The position numbers and the translations under genes are program-made. This document shows positions 62,892 to 64,000 of a DNA stretch of 64,000 nt, in pieces. Within the stretch, counting starts at the first letter, position 1; every line of letters begins with the position of its first letter. Location: assembly GCA_964187785.1 (NCBI GenBank), contig OZ076412.1, positions 75,020,001-75,084,000 of the forward strand. The letters run 5' to 3'. This DNA comes from Amphiscolops sp. MND2022 (taxonomy: Eukaryota). Under the pieces are notes generated by a model. That model did no database searches, had not been told where the DNA came from, and worked only from the letters and a program-made list of their open reading frames with translations.

Positions 62892-63219
62892 GTTATTGAA
62901 TAAAGTTGAACTGTTTAATATATACGCATGCTATTAAAATAATATATATACGCATATTAAAATAATCGTTGTCTTCGTCATGTGTTGCGAAGCACCGCTT
63001 CGCCTCTGTGTTTATTTTTGTAACTAGATTGAGTTTGTTGAGAGGCATTATATTTCTACTGTTCTTAAAGGGAATCCACCGTACTCTTCTCCAAAAAGTA
63101 GTTGATGTGAACTTTTTTTGAGAAGTTTTTCGTGTTGCTAGGCGGTGGTAGTGTGTTCGAATCTCGCGCTGGACCAAAGTTTTATTTATGCTTGTAAGCC
63201 TTGCATGTTTTTGTTTTAG

Positions 63220-63359
63220 CACGTTTTTTCTTGCTCTGAGCGATCTCAGCTCATTGAGTTGGCCCGGAAAAATGCCGAGCAGCACATTGGAATAAGCATC
63301 AAATGCAAAGAAGGAATTCCCTACGAAAACTTTCTCAAGTTTCGACTTGGCAAATTCTG
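63220..63359 (+). CDS. DNAJC13: DNAJC13 coding exon 7 (HVFSCSERSQLIELARKNAEQHIGISIKCKEGIPYENFLKFRLGKF+TG)
   Basis: tttttgttttAG acceptor and GTGAGT donor (phase 2). Matches HLFASEQREEII...YIGISL...YLNLRFGKY. The gene continues beyond the window. Confidence 0.92.
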
Positions 63360-64000
63360 GTGAGTCTGCTGAGTTCGAATCCTGCTTTTCGTGATTGTTC
63401 AAAGTTGTGTCCTTTTTATCAGCTCTTCTCAATTATTTTGATCGACTGAGATCTGCCTACGGATCTTTGGGATCTCGGACATGACTGTCAGGAAAATGCG
63501 GGACGTATTTGTGCATATTTCCGCATATTTTTAGCTTTTGATTTTCCACATGTGAAGCTGCAAATTTCTGAGAAATCTGAGTGTTTATGCCTAAAATTCG
63601 AATTTCAACTGCGTTTTTCTCAAGAGTAACTAATTTTCGAAAATATGCGGTTTAATGTTTGCTATGTTTAATGAACCGTTTTTGCCATCAATACTCCTTT
63701 TTTACCCCCATTTTGTCACCTAAGCAGTCGAACCCACAAAAACACGTTTCTTTCAGTAGTTTGTGAGCTCCACTAATTGAATGGACAAATTTTAAAGTTT
63801 ATTTTAACCGAATATCAAGTTCTAAAATCGATACTAACTTTATTTTAAACAAGAAATGTTATGATGTCATTTTGGAAAACATAAATTTGCATGTTTTTCG
63901 CGATATTAAATGACGTAAAGTTGCATATTTTGTGGAATTTCTGACAGCCATGGTATCGGATCTCTGGAGTTCATGAATTTGTCGAGGTACAGAAGTTGTG

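Larger units (their letters stand above)
36897..63219 (+). other. DNAJC13: DNAJC13 intron 6 (26,323 bp, GT-AG)
   Basis: Exon 6 (...GGFQRM) and exon 7 (HVFSCSER...) are consecutive in the RME-8 sequence (GGFSRL-HLFASEQR) and join in phase 0. Confidence 0.87.

Noticed and set aside
62893-63432. 179-aa minus-strand ORF
   Set aside because: It is the antisense shadow of DNAJC13 exon 7 and its flanks.
63930-64000. Possible DNAJC13 exon 8 (ISGVHEFVEVQKL vaguely like ITSLAEFVVQKI)
   Set aside because: The only nearby acceptor (ctgacAG) gives the wrong phase for this frame after the phase-2 exon 7, and an in-frame TGA precedes it.

Overview
This is repeat-rich animal genomic DNA, not prokaryotic, and it contains a 200-N scaffold gap at 19983-20182. 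The left half (1-34 kb) is a pile of decayed and nested mobile elements: Gypsy LTR remnants (including two related ~5 kb copies), a hAT transposase remnant, an orphan SGNH-hydrolase ORF, a CRE-type non-LTR element, an I/Jockey-group LINE, a CR1-type LINE, foldback-type MITEs, and an 84-bp tandem array with a 14-mer higher-order duplication. The right half holds the only host gene I can support, the 5' part of DNAJC13/RME-8 on the + strand. It has seven coding exons (34154-63359) that splice in frame, and the ORF track misses most of them. Intron 6 is 26.3 kb and contains a ~13 kb array of 321/317-bp satellite monomers. That array is split by an intact, very young 8.6-kb BEL/Pao retrotransposon with 1056-bp LTRs, a 5-bp TSD and a single uninterrupted gag-pol ORF. 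All family assignments come from motif recognition by eye; no searches were run. I found no clearly new biological system. The best leads are the satellite/retrotransposon-filled intron of a conserved gene and a modular MITE family whose members share a core but have different arms.
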